A stretch of DNA of 64,000 nt, taken from contig NC_043011.1 in the NCBI RefSeq assembly GCF_006345805.1, forward strand, positions 60,896,464-60,960,463, read 5' to 3'. The translations under genes and the position numbers were made by a program. Shown piece by piece: positions 39,815-52,925 of this stretch (its first letter is position 1; each line of letters opens with the position of its first letter). The DNA comes from Octopus sinensis (Eukaryota). The notes below the pieces were generated by a model that saw only the letters and a list, made by a program, of their open reading frames with translations, was not told the DNA's origin and did not search any database.

Positions 39815-40181
39815 TGAGCGTAGCGGTCTTCGTCCCATTAGTGGGAGAAGTCCGAAACGTGGTCCTTTGCTATTCGTAAGACCCGCAGAAGAAGAAAGCA
39901 GGTCAACCCCCGACACCGAGAGAGCATCGACGGATGGATGAATGCGCATCCAGGATTCAGGGGCTGCGTAGGAAGTCGGGTATAAGAAACAGGAAGAAAG
40001 ATTGAGAGAAAGTGGGAGCGAAAAAGGGAAAACCGGGGTCGCTACCACCCGCTGTCGGAGACTCGTGGAGCTTTAGGCGTTTTCGCTCAATAAACACACA
40101 CAACGCTCGGTCTGGGAATCGAAACTGCGATCCTCCGACCGCGAGTCCGCTGCCCTAACCATTGGGCCATTGCGCCTCCAC
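39815..40181 (-). mobile_element. tRNA-derived SINE family C
   Basis: Head is the reverse complement of the 46560 copy (GGAGGCGCAATGGCCCAATGGTTAGGGCAGCGGACTCGCGG); the 3' tail differs. Confidence 0.8.
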
Positions 40182-41253
40182 TTGCTGTTGTCGTTCTGGT
40201 CGTGGTTTTAGCACATGATGACGATGATCCCTCCCGTCAAAGACGATGTAGAAGCGCTCAGTTTTTGCCGAACGATCTTTGCAAATGATTGATCTTGTGA
40301 TCAAATTTTCGTGTCGCACATTCGGTCAGTCCCTCCATCAAATCGACGTTGCCTGAACAATTGCATGGTGTCCCATGCGTCAGGTGTCCCACGCGTCTGG
40401 TGTCCCACGCGTCAGGTGTCGAAGCGAATGCAGAGCAACATGAGATGAAGTGTCTAGGAATTGAAATCGCGATCTGGCGATTGCTGAGCGCAACGCCCTA
40501 ACCACTGAGCTGTGCGCCCTCACTGATTGATATACACGCACACACACATGTATGTATATTTGACCAAATGCGTTTCTCTTGTAACAATACCGTTTTTATT
40601 CTGAATTCGTGCATCGATAACAGACATGGACAACCATTTTTGAGAAGCAGGCTGCATGAGACCTTACTCGTCACCAGATTAACTGTACCTCTAAAAATAT
40701 ATAAATAAATAAAACAAAGAATAAAATAAATAAAATGAAATAACCAAAGTGAGTTTACTTTAGATGTGCCATCCAGAAACTCTTGCAAGCCACAATTCTC
40801 TCATGACTGAGCTAGAACATTACCGACAAAAAATGCATCCGTCCTTTTCTATGACAGTCGAGTGATTTCATGGAAATTTGGCTCCTATTTCAAGCAAGCC
40901 TGCGATCACATTGCGGCTTCACCCCTCCTCTCCTCTTCCAAATGCTATCATCTCTTAGCATCTATATTGCATACTTATTTTTGATTAATTGCGGTGAAGA
41001 TTGAACAGGTGTTAATAACGCTTTAAAGCATTCTGAAACTGGATTCGTACAATACCCATTGATAGGTTTGAAAAGGAACCCGGTTATTCATTCAGGCCTT
41101 TTAAATCTGGTGGATGGAGGTTCCTGGGGAAGTTAATACCTGTTAGCGATCAGTTTGAACTTCTGAAGACAAAATAATGTAGGTAAGTAATTATACGACT
41201 GGAATGTGTGTGAGAATTAGTGTATGAGTGCTTGCATATATATATATACATGC

Positions 41254-41296
<43 letters not shown>

Positions 41297-41299
41297 TAA

Positions 41300-41640
41300 A
41301 GGGTATGAGAGATATTGGAGTCAAGAAGACCCAAAGGTGTCAGATAATGCCGAGTAAGTGCTTGGACAGACTATAGTTAAGCACCAGGTTCGATAATGAT
41401 ACGAACGAGGAGTCCAATGTAGGTCGTGTATTAGCATGTATGTATTTAATTAACATAATGAGATAAAACATCCTAGGCAGGGATGTCTTATATATCCCTT
41501 CATCAGAGATGGTGTGAGAAAATGTTTAAGTAAAAGTTATTAGAGAGAAGATATGACATACAGAGTGAAGTGGAGGAATGAAAACAGACGTGAGATATGT
41601 AAGGATATTGTATCTGCAGTTGCATTATTTAAGCATGGTG
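41300..41640 (-). mobile_element. PLE remnant related to 5040-5390, with a half hammerhead
   Basis: 41490-41640 matches 5070-5220; 41300-41435 matches the reverse complement of 5250-5385; CTGATGA and stem II are present but GAAA is lost. Confidence 0.6.
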
Positions 41641-43799
41641 TATATGTTTCCTGTCGTGTCAGTTCATGGACATGAGTTAAAATAATAAAATAAGAACAGC
41701 AATAAATGAGTGAAGAAAAAAGAAATATATAATGCGTATGATTATTTCACAGAAAAAAAAAGAAAAGAACATATGACCATCCCGAAATACAATATCTGTT
41801 GCAACACACAATTTCACATCAAGAATCTTGCGAAACGAATTGATAAAAGTCTAGTGTCTACGTTTTTTGATGTCCAGTACCCATATATGCATATATATGG
41901 TATGTACATATATGTACATATATGTATGGTATGTACATATATGTATGTATAAATGCATATATTTATATATTATCTCTCTCTATATATATGTGTGTATATA
42001 TATATATATGCATATATATATACATGTACATACATAAGCATATATATATATCTATATCTGTATACATATATATATATATATAGTATATATATATGTATAT
42101 ATAGCTGTATATAATATATATATATATATATGCATTATATATGTGTATATATATATGTATATATATGTATATATGCATATATATGTATATATATGCATTA
42201 TATATGTGTATATATATGTATGTATACATATATGTATGTATGTATACATATATGTATGTATGTATATATGTAGGTATATATGTATATATTTATATATATG
42301 TAGGTACACATGTATGTATGTATGTATATATGTAGGTATGTATGTATGTATGTATATATATATGCAGCATGAATATTTCTTTAATTATATTTTTCCCTTT
42401 GTGATTTACCTTATCTGTATTTTTAAAGTGACGCTGTCCCGTTCAAAACTTAATCAATTTCATCTGTGGCTGCTATTTCTTTCAGAGTAAGGGTCAACGT
42501 AGAAGCCTCCCTGTTGGCACGTATGTGAGGTCAATCAAGTGAGCAAGGCAAATCACACCAGATAGCTTACAGTAGTGTTCAATAATCTTATGATTCATTC
42601 CAATCACGGTCCACAGTAATGACAGACCACTTGATTCTTATTTCTCTCCAACTATACAACGTAGTTTTTCTTTTATATACAACGTAGTTTTAATGTCTTT
42701 CGAACAGAACATAGTTTTTTTGCTTTCACGTATAACGTAGATTTTTTTGTATTTTGTTTCTTAACTTTTGCAATAAATTAGAAGCAGTAATGTCATCCAA
42801 ACCGAGCGAAACGAACGATCAGCATGAATAAATGAATAAATACATAAAAAAAAGGTAACTAAATACAATATAAATAAACAAATGCAAACACAAGAAGCAG
42901 TATTTTAGAAAAAAGACCTTGGGAGTATGTTGTTCATAAAATATCTGAAATTATCTCAAATATTTACTGAACGTCAAGCCATCTTTTAGAGATAAATTGC
43001 ATCGTTAATAGAACATTAGATGAGATGAGATAGTTGGGAAAAATTATCAAAAATTCTAGCCCATTCTCTCTCTGTCTCTTACAATCGCACACACATACAA
43101 TAATACTATGAAAGTCATATAGACACACATATACACAGACATACATATGCACAAACGTACACTTCCATATACATACGCATACACAGACACATTTACAAAT
43201 ACACACATAAATAAATACTTTATCTCTCACATATCTTTTATCTCACTCACGCACACATTTTCTTTCAGCTTTCTGTTTATGGACACACATATGCATGCAC
43301 AGACACACAAATACAATATAAAAGACACATGCACACCTACACACACATGCATATACACACACATAATAAATGTACACATAAACGTTTTGTCCCCCCCCAT
43401 CACTTATACATATTTCTATCACACGTATACTCACACAAATACACAGACACAGACACGCCCATTCTTCCTCATATACCATATAAGTGTACAGACACACGTG
43501 TACACACACATGTGTGCATGCAAATATTTATGTACACACAAATATAAGTGTACACACACACACACACACATATGATCAAAAGCACTTTTATGAAGACACC
43601 CCTTCAGTCATTATGTACAAGATACGTTGAACTACACACATACACGCCTGCAATATGTACCACACTTAAAAAAGAAACGAAACAGAGCGATTTGTTAGAC
43701 CGAAACCTCCAAGGCGGAGCTCCAGCATGACAGTAACACTGATATCTCATTTTAACAGATATACTTACCAATATTATATGAAAATGACTTGAAATACTA

Positions 43800-44290
43800 A
43801 AAAGTAAATTTAATAAAAAAAAAGCGCCATTTGGCTTCATGCATGGCTTCCAGACGACTTTGGAATTTCCTGTAACTCTTCTGGACGGTCTTCTTGTTGG
43901 TGAATGCTGCCATAATCCTTGCCTTCAGTTCATCTTTGGTGTTACAAGGAGTTTTTTTTGGTCTCTCGTTCAACTGCACCCCACATATAATAATTAAGGG
44001 TTTGAAATCTGGGGAGTTAGGTGGCCAGATGTTAGGGGTAATGTGGTTGCAGAAATTGTCCTGCTTGTGTGGCATGGTGAAGAGTCCTGTTGCTAGACAT
44101 ATGGTCTTCCAGCAGCTACCCTCTTGACTCAGGGCTGCGCTACCTTCTCCAGGAATTTGATGTAGACCTCTGTGTTGGGTGTGAATCCGTGTCGGAAGAT
44201 GAATGGAGGTATAATGTGGTCATCACTAGTGATAATCCAAACACCATCATGTTGACGGGATGTTTGATTTTGATCACCCTCGGTACCTGT
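43800..44290 (-). pseudogene. Tc1/mariner (maT/DD37D-like) transposase C-terminal remnant
   Basis: KHPVNMMVFG..PPFIF..NTEVYIKFLE..RPYV*QQDSSPCH, WPPNSPDFKPL, LKARIMAAF..FQSRLEAMHEA; frameshifted. Confidence 0.85.
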
Positions 44291-44294
44291 CCTT

Positions 44295-44430
44295 AGATTG
44301 CAATGTCAATCCGTCAATGGAACTGTAAAAATCTGTAAAACTTTCCAGAAGTTTGTCATTTAAATATATATGAGCATGTCTAGATATGTAACTATGTGCA
44401 CGAGAACACATACATGAAACATACATACGT
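44295..44430 (+). mobile_element. R4/Dong-like 3' end fragment
   Basis: GGAACTGTAAAAATCTGTAAAACTTTCCAGAAGTTTGTCATTTAAATATA matches 20257-20350; runs into (CATA)n. Confidence 0.7.
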
Positions 44431-44505
44431 ACATACATATATATGCACACATATACATACATGCATACATACATACATACATGCATACATACATACATAC
44501 ATACA

Positions 44506-44584
<79 letters not shown>

Positions 44585-45940
44585 TGTACGTATACACATG
44601 TGTGCATACATACGTACATTTTAGATGGAGAAGCCAGTCAAGCTGAGAGAAGACCGTGACACTTTAACAAAAATAGTTTCCTCGCGGAAACTATAAAATT
44701 AATTTCGTATATTTTTTCGATTCCCAACGATTTTCACAAATCTAAACCTACTGTTTTTGCTAACAAAAATTTTTGGCGTAGTCTAAAAGGAAAATAAAAG
44801 AAAAGAATTAACTAAAGAATGTTCCATATGACTTGTTTAGCAGCCGCATGGCTTTTAATACATACCGAGAAGATGGCAGCCAAACACATCGTCTGATAAT
44901 ATTTTTTTTATGAGCTTTCCGTCAATCTCGAATCGAGCACGATTTTGCTTGAATATTTTCATTGAATATTAGCTGAATGCCAGAAATTCATAAATGTTGC
45001 ACACCTTGAATGAATGTTCCTTGAAAAAAAAATACAAACAAACAAGAACAAAATAATGCAAAAACGAAATGGAAAGCTTTTAATGATTATCGCGAGTCAG
45101 CTTTAGCTCTCACCTGTTAAAATAAACCACAGCATTGTTTATGACAAAAAGCAAACAGAATGAACGATGGCTGCATTTTGCCAGCTTATCTTTGTTTCTG
45201 TATGTTTCTTTTTTTTCCTTGTATGTGTTTTATTCACTTCAGAGTAGACATTTTTTAAAGGTGTACTCTTACTGAATAAATAATTCACTGACGAGAGTAA
45301 TTAAAACCGCGCATAATGCACAGGAAGAACAATAATGAAATTGACTCTACTTCTCTCTCTATATATATATATATATCTTCTTTGCTCTCTCTCTCTCTCT
45401 CTTTCTCACTCGTTCATGTTTCTCATTTTCCGCGCGGCCTGTTCAACAATTGCGATGCAGCCATTGTTATGCTCTCAGGCTACTTTTTGCCGTGAATGTA
45501 GGTTTTTATGAGCGTATTAAATAATATACTTGATACTGGCCATGCAATGTAATGAAGGTGACGACAGAATTGTTAGTAGGTGTCGCCACAAAAAGCAGCT
45601 GACTTTCTTCTTCGACGAGAAGAAATAAACAACGAGAATACAAAGCATCATTAATCAAATAATATCCGTTCGTTTTTTTATTCTATTTTTATTCTATTAT
45701 TCTTTTACTAATTTGGTTGTTTAAGTAATTCCATAGTGGCCATGCTGGAATGTCGCCTTAAAGGGATTTTGTCAGTCATATCGTTCCCAGGTATTTATTT
45801 TCAAGTCTGGTATTTATCGTTCTCTATTTGGCGAATCGCTATTGTTATGCCGAACAGAAACAAGGAGCACCGTTTTTCAAACGTTGACAGCATGAAGGTA
45901 AACTCATAAATATGTTCACACATTTACTTATCCGCATATA

Positions 45941-45985
<45 letters not shown>

Positions 45986-46559
45986 ATATATAACTCACAC
46001 ATACACTCTTACACACAGTACACACACAAACTTATGGAACTAAGGACCATTCACATACCTATATGCATACATCAGTACCAGGTAAACGCACGCAAATTCA
46101 TACATACATAACTGACTTTCGCACAATTTCTGTCTACCTATTCCACTCAGAACCCATGGGATAACCTGCTCGTATAGCAAAAGACACGCATATGGTTCTA
46201 AGCTGAGCAAGGAAACGCAAAACCTTGTAGTAATGAAGGAAAAATTCTTAACGGTATCACTTCAACGCTAGGTTCTCTTTGCCCTAGTAAGGATCATTGG
46301 GTCTCGACCATCTCGCTTCCCTGAAAACTGCTGATTTTGCGACAAGGTATCGATCTGGGATAATCATTAGCGGCACTTCGTCTATGCCTTCTGAATACAA
46401 ATTCTACCGAGGTCGACTTTGTCGTTCATCCTTTCGGAGTCGATGAAATAAGAGACAGTTGATCCCTAGGTTTGGCGTAATTCACTAGCCCCTCCCACCC
46501 ATACTGTAGGCCTTGTGACTATTACTATAAGATTATTACGATTGTTATTAATGTTATTG

Positions 46560-46872
46560 TGGAGGCACAATGGCCCAGTGGTTAGGGCAGCGGACTCGCG
46601 GTCGGAGGATCGCTGTTTCGATTCCCAGACCGGGCGTTGTGAGTGTTTATTGAGCTAAAACACCAAAAGCTCCACGAGGCTCCGGCAGGGGGTGGTGGCG
46701 ACCCTGTTGTACTCTTTCACCCCAACTTTCTCTCACACATTCTTCCTGTTTCTTGAGTAACGCTGCAACGGACTGGCGTCCCGTTCAGCTGGGGGCAACA
46801 CATTCGCCATAGAAACCGGGAAACTGGGCCCATGAGCCTGGCTATGCTTGAAAAGGGCGCATAAGTAAAAAG
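46560..46872 (+). mobile_element. tRNA-derived SINE family C
   Basis: A box TGGCCCAGTGG, B box GTTTCGATTCCC; no tRNA acceptor stem; SINE body follows. Confidence 0.8.
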
Positions 46873-48819
46873 AATAGTGTTTCTGAAACCAATATGGCGC
46901 AATATTTAAGCGTTTAAATTGGCAGAGAATCGTAAGACTGTTTGACAAAATGAGTTGCTGTAGTTTTACGTGTCTACGTTTTGAGTTCAAAAGTCGCTTA
47001 AGTGACTTTCACTTTTCCTCCACAGTGGATAAAATGAAGTACCAGTCATGCCTTGGGGGCAATATAATCTACTTTTCCTTTCCGGTCAAAATTGTGGCGT
47101 GTGTCGACTTTAAAAGTAATTCTTTCTGGATGTTTGTTATTGGCAATATTTATAGCATAATTATAAAAACGATTAAAACGATTAAATTAAGACTGTCTTG
47201 TCATCTGCATACACAAGATTAATACAGTCTACTAATTTGTCTCGGAAGACAGGAGGATTATTGATGCATGCCGTCGTTTTCAGACGGAATAACGATGGAA
47301 AAGCTGTGTTCTCAGATTAGCGTTAATTATTTTTTTTAAGTTTCAAAGGAAAACAAGACGTTATTCGCCGTATCTTTCAACAAGATATTCTTTAGTTTTT
47401 CAAGTCTAGACGAAATTCATCAAACGGAATGTAACTAAATTAGTATTGATTATGCCATTAGTGTACGGTGTCTCCATCTACACAAACATGTTAGTCAAAC
47501 ATTTATACAATACAAAGCAGTTATTTTAGTTTTGAATAATGTTTACATGTTTATTTATTAACATTTCAAGATCCAAACTCTTGTATAATTAACCAATTTA
47601 TGACATTTTCTTTCACGCTGTTAATGATTTATTTTCGTAATTTCATTATCAATTATAGAACGAAAACTTAGATTTTATTTGTTTTTAATGTTGTGATTAG
47701 TCATATATTTTTCGTTGACAATTCACTGTATTTGGTAGGTTGAGTGTGAAGGCAAGAACGACCACACAAATATTGATTGAGTTTTCAAATATTTTATTAA
47801 ACTACATCGTTTATATTTAAACGTATATATATATTTGATTTAATCGAACAGCGTTCATGAAGCAATGAACATAATAGGACTTTTCTGTGATAGAACAATT
47901 CTAGGATGATATAGGAAAATAGTTCATAGCTTTTCAAGACGAAATATATTGATAGATTTTAAATTACTGCGTATAAGTAATGTGGGTTATCTGTTTATGA
48001 CTTTAAGGTTGTTGTCATTTGAGGAATAGGAAATAAACGTGTTAAATAAGACGAAGACAAAGAGAGTTAAAAACCAACCTGTTAAGCAAAGTGACAAAAT
48101 CGTCCACACGGTTAAACGGCTCCGGTCTGAGATTGGATTTGACAGGTTTTTGTAACTGTTATGTTAGCCACGTTTTCAAGAACATTCAGCAAAGCAGTTT
48201 GGTGAGAAAACGCGATCAATTCCTTTGAAGTTCGTTGCATCAACCATAATAAGTCAGCTAGTACTGATTGGTCGAGCAGTATTCACGTTGGTGTTAATGC
48301 ATTTGACGGCTACATTTTTTCCTTCCATTGTTATTTAGTAGGTCATGGTTCTGGACTGGAAAAAATCTGAAAATTGCGGATCGAAATACAGCAACAACCT
48401 GGCTGCAGATTCATAAACTCAGTTCTATGTGGAATATTTTCTGATCTTCATATCCAGGCTCCCGATGTCTAACTCAGTGTTGCAGCTGATAATGCTGTTG
48501 TTGTTATTGTAAAATGAAAATTAAAAGTTAACGAATTAACGAGTTAATAAATTCACTTCTATAATATCTGACTATATCCGCTAATATCTGACTATTAATT
48601 ACCATATTTTACTTATAATGTTGCTGTTTGTTAGTTAGAAGTTAACTCCGACACAACAATTCAATGAAAAAAAGAATCCAAGACACGGATAGTCATTCAT
48701 TTCACCAACTTTGCTAAGTTTCTCGGGGTTAAATTAAAAATATTTTTGATCTAATTATACTCTTAAAATTTTCGGGTTATGTTAACGTCGTTGTTGTTAT
48801 TAAGATTCGTTTCAGAGCT

Positions 48820-48965
48820 GTTTCATCTACAGAACCACTTGAAAAGAAAGGTGAGAATGGAGAGGCAGGTTTTATCTTGTGAGAGTTTCAAAAAATGGTG
48901 GGTGAATGTAGCAAAGATGGTGCGTGCGAGTGACGAAACCGCTCAGAGCATGATCTTGTAAATCG

Positions 48966-49035
<70 letters not shown>

Positions 49036-49300
49036 ACACTTTTCTCCTATGTGTTTATTCCCTCCCTGCCTGAGGCTACCGTGGTCTTTTCCGTAGGATT
49101 TTCTTTCCACGGATAAACCTAATCTTAATTTTTACATTTTTAGAACACTTCTGTGATACACGATCAGTTTTGATCGTTTTTTTTCCGATCCCTTTTATTT
49201 TTTTTCTCATTTTTCCCCTATTATCTCATTTTCGAAAAGAAAAGCTTTACATTTGTATTAGTCCTCTCTGTGTTCCGCCCTGTGTAGCCAATAAAGAAAG
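48820..49300 (+). mobile_element. Tx1-like LINE 3' end (ORF2 tail and 3'UTR) ending in (TATC)n
   Basis: HLKRKVRMERQVLSCESFKKWWVNVAK..* followed by a T-rich UTR and CCCTGTGTAGCCAATAAAGAAAG|TTATCTATC. Confidence 0.6.
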
Positions 49301-49328
49301 TTATCTATCTATCTATCCTCTATCTTTT

Positions 49329-49414
<86 letters not shown>

Positions 49415-49416
<2 letters not shown>

Positions 49417-49646
49417 CTTTTTTCATTTCTCTTTTCTTTTGTTCCTTTTCCTTTTCTTTTCTTATTTTTATTCTTTTTATTTTTATTTTTTTGTTCTTTT
49501 CTTCCCTTTTACGATCCCTCTTGATCGAAAACCTACGCCACCCCCTTTTTTTTCTTTTGTTTTTTGTTTTTTCATCCCCCAAAAGAAAAGCTCTACCTTG
49601 TAACTTGTCCCATCTGTGTGCAGCCCTGTGTGGCCAATAAAGAAAC
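49415..49646 (+). mobile_element. Second, related LINE 3'UTR embedded in (TATC)n
   Basis: Ends CCCTGTGTGGCCAATAAAGAAAC|TTATCTATC; TATC repeats on both sides. Confidence 0.6.
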
Positions 49647-50054
49647 TTATCTATCTATCTATATGTATGCCTGACTGTCTGTCTGTCCTTAGATACGTAG
49701 AAATTTTTACAAAAACGGATCAAAGGACCTTCCCGAGCCATAGGCTCATGAAATTGGTTTTCCCTGGATTCTGTGGCGCATATATTCCGCACCCACCTTC
49801 GACAGAACGGCGGTCCATTTTTGCCAACTAACTGGACTGCCGCAGCGTGAAATAAACAATTTTACTTCAGGACACAAGGCATCGCTCGCACCTGGGATCG
49901 AAACCATAAAATAACAATCATGAGTGCAACACCCCTAGCACTAAATAACCCACTCCTACATGTATGTGTGTGTGTGTACATATATATATATATATATATA
50001 TAATGTAAGTCTATAGAAATTTATATATAAAAACAAACCTATAAAAGTATATCA

Positions 50055-50410
50055 GGAGTGGCTGTGTGGTAATTAGTTTGCTTACGAACCACATGGTTCC
50101 GGGTTCAGTCCCACTGCGTGGCAACTTCGACGAGTGTCTTCTACTATAGCCTCGGGCCGACCAAAGCCTTGTGAGTGGACTTGGTAGACGGAAACTGAAA
50201 GAAGCCCGTCGTATATATGTATATGTATATATATGTGTGTGTGCGTTTGTGTTTATGTGTTGGTGTGGTTACGTCCCCGTCACTTAGCGGTTCGGCAAAA
50301 GAGACCGGTAGAATAAGTACTAGGCTTAAGTTCTGGGGTCGATTTGCTCGACTAAAGGCGGCGGTGCTCCAGCATGGCCACAGTCAAATGACTGAAACAA
50401 GTAAAAGAGT
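50055..50410 (+). mobile_element. SINE family A (CORE-like), near full length
   Basis: TGGCTGTGTGG A box, GGTTCAGTCCC B box, internal (TA)(TG) tract, tail GCATGGCCACAGTCAAATGACTGAAACAAGTAAAAGA. Confidence 0.85.
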
Positions 50411-50951
50411 ATATAATAATATGAGTGCGTGTGCGTGTATGAGTATGCGCACGCCCACATAAAAAATCCTGCACCGACTTTAATAATATCATCTGCGTGA
50501 GGTTTGTCACGTGACTTGCAAACTATTACCGGATCGATAGAATATATTTTAAAAGAGAAATGACAAACGAAATGGCAAATCCGTGACTTTCAGAACTGTG
50601 TCAATCGATTAGTTGATTCTATCGCAAAATAGTAAATCAAACGATTCTATAAATGAACGCTGATCAGTTAACTTCTGTTGCTATTTTGAGACCGTGTATC
50701 CATTTCTGCATGTCTGTATGCATTCATACACCCATACATACATGCATACATACATACATACATGCGTACACACAAATATATATATATACATATGCATATA
50801 TATATATATGCATGTAGATGCATATATATATATATATATGGGTATATACTTGCATGAATATAAAGATGTTTCCAAAATTAAACGTTAATACATGTCTGTC
50901 TGTCTGTCTTTTTGTATGTATGTATAAATAAATACATGAATCTATTATCTA

Positions 50952-51010
<59 letters not shown>

Positions 51011-51090
51011 ATGTGTGTGTGCGTTTGCGCGCGCGTGTGTCTGTATATATATATATATGAATGTTTGTATATATATATTATATATATATG

Positions 51091-51124
<34 letters not shown>

Positions 51125-51136
51125 ATATATATATAT

Positions 51137-51170
<34 letters not shown>

Positions 51171-51246
51171 ATATACATACACACACGCACACGCATACAT
51201 ACCTAATACATACATACATACATACGCAGATATATATATATTTATC

Positions 51247-51302
<56 letters not shown>

Positions 51303-51665
51303 ATATGTAAGCTCTTGTGTGCAGGTGCGTTCTGTTAGCCTGTAGCTGCATTCGCACGTGTTCAAGTGTGCGTGGAATTGTAAACTGTTATGGATGTACG
51401 TTTTTGTAAATTTTTTATGACATTTCGCTTGTTTATTGATTGATATGGAAAATTGATATTGTTAACTCTAGCAGACTGTTTGTCAGACACTGTTCTCTGT
51501 TTTCTCTCGTTAAAAAGCGAATATATATAGGTATGTATCTACACATATATATATATATATATATGCTTATATATTCATACACACTTCCTTACGTACATAT
51601 ATATGTAAATGCATATACGTGCACATATATGATTACATATATCTATAAATACTCACTGCATATCT

Positions 51666-51709
<44 letters not shown>

Positions 51710-51837
51710 CACGTATGTGTATACATATATACAAACATAAACGTGTATGAATATATATAAGTATATATATAACTATATGCACCTCGCCCACACATATTCA
51801 CACATACACACACGCTGTCGCACATATGCTTGTAAAC

Positions 51838-51902
<65 letters not shown>

Positions 51903-51984
51903 CATACACATATGTATATATGTATTATAAACAGAATGGTTAGAATCTGACTTTTCAAAATTTCTGTGAAACAGTAGTATTCTT

Positions 51985-52017
<33 letters not shown>

Positions 52018-52686
52018 ATACATGCATAGATATGTAGCTTTACACATACTCATCCACCTACGTATATATATTATATGTATATATATATATATATGTGTGT
52101 GTGTATTCGCATGCAGAAATTACACACACAGACACAGACACACAGACATACAGACACATACTGACACATACACAATACAAGATGAAACAGCCTTGAATAA
52201 GTGTAAGGTGATATTCATCTCGTTCGAGTGCACTTGGACGCGACAATGCCTTCCACCGCAGAATATTCTCTACAGAAAATCGCTCTAAATATGAGAGAAA
52301 CCACACCAGAGGCTATGAATGATGTCAGTGGTTCGCACAACACAAAACCTGTCATATTCAGATCATGTTGTGCTTTCATACATGTTCAGGAAGAGAACGT
52401 TCTCCCGGCATTATCCCCCCCCCACTAAGCTGGATGTCTATGCACGTCCGTGTGCATTCGAACGTATTGAATATGAACATGAATATATGTATATACACAC
52501 ACACACAAACATATATGTGTACATATATGTAAACACATACACATGCACATAGAAATATACATAGGCTTTTATATATCCATATATATAAATATGTATACAT
52601 ATATATATTAAAGATATATATATATATATATATATATCATATATATATATATATATACACATGTGTGTGTGTATAAATATGTATAC

Positions 52687-52717
<31 letters not shown>

Positions 52718-52890
52718 GACCTGCGTGCACGCACAAATCCACACATACACACACATACCTCCTCTTGCATTCTCCTGTCTTAGAAAGAAATTTTCTTCAC
52801 CTATTCCCTTCCGGTCATTTCAATATGCGACCGCGTGTGTATCGTTGGCGATTTTCTTTCTCCGTCTTCCATTCTTTGGTCTTTTTCTGT

Positions 52891-52925
52891 ATTTCTGATG
52901 AAGAGCTCTGCTCGAAACGTGAAAT
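52891..52925 (+). ncRNA. Minimal hammerhead motif with a mutated cleavage triplet (GUG), in pLTR-like repeat 52840-53030
   Basis: ATTT|CTGATGA|AGAGC-TCT-GCTC|GAAACGTG|AAAT. Confidence 0.55.

Noticed and set aside
40367-40420. GGTGTCCCACGCGTCA repeated about 3 times
   Set aside because: A contiguous 16 bp tandem with no spacers inside a SINE tail; not CRISPR.
46560-46635. tRNA-like sequence (also at 40105-40181 and 18108-18180)
   Set aside because: It has A/B boxes but no proper acceptor stem and continues into a repeated SINE body.
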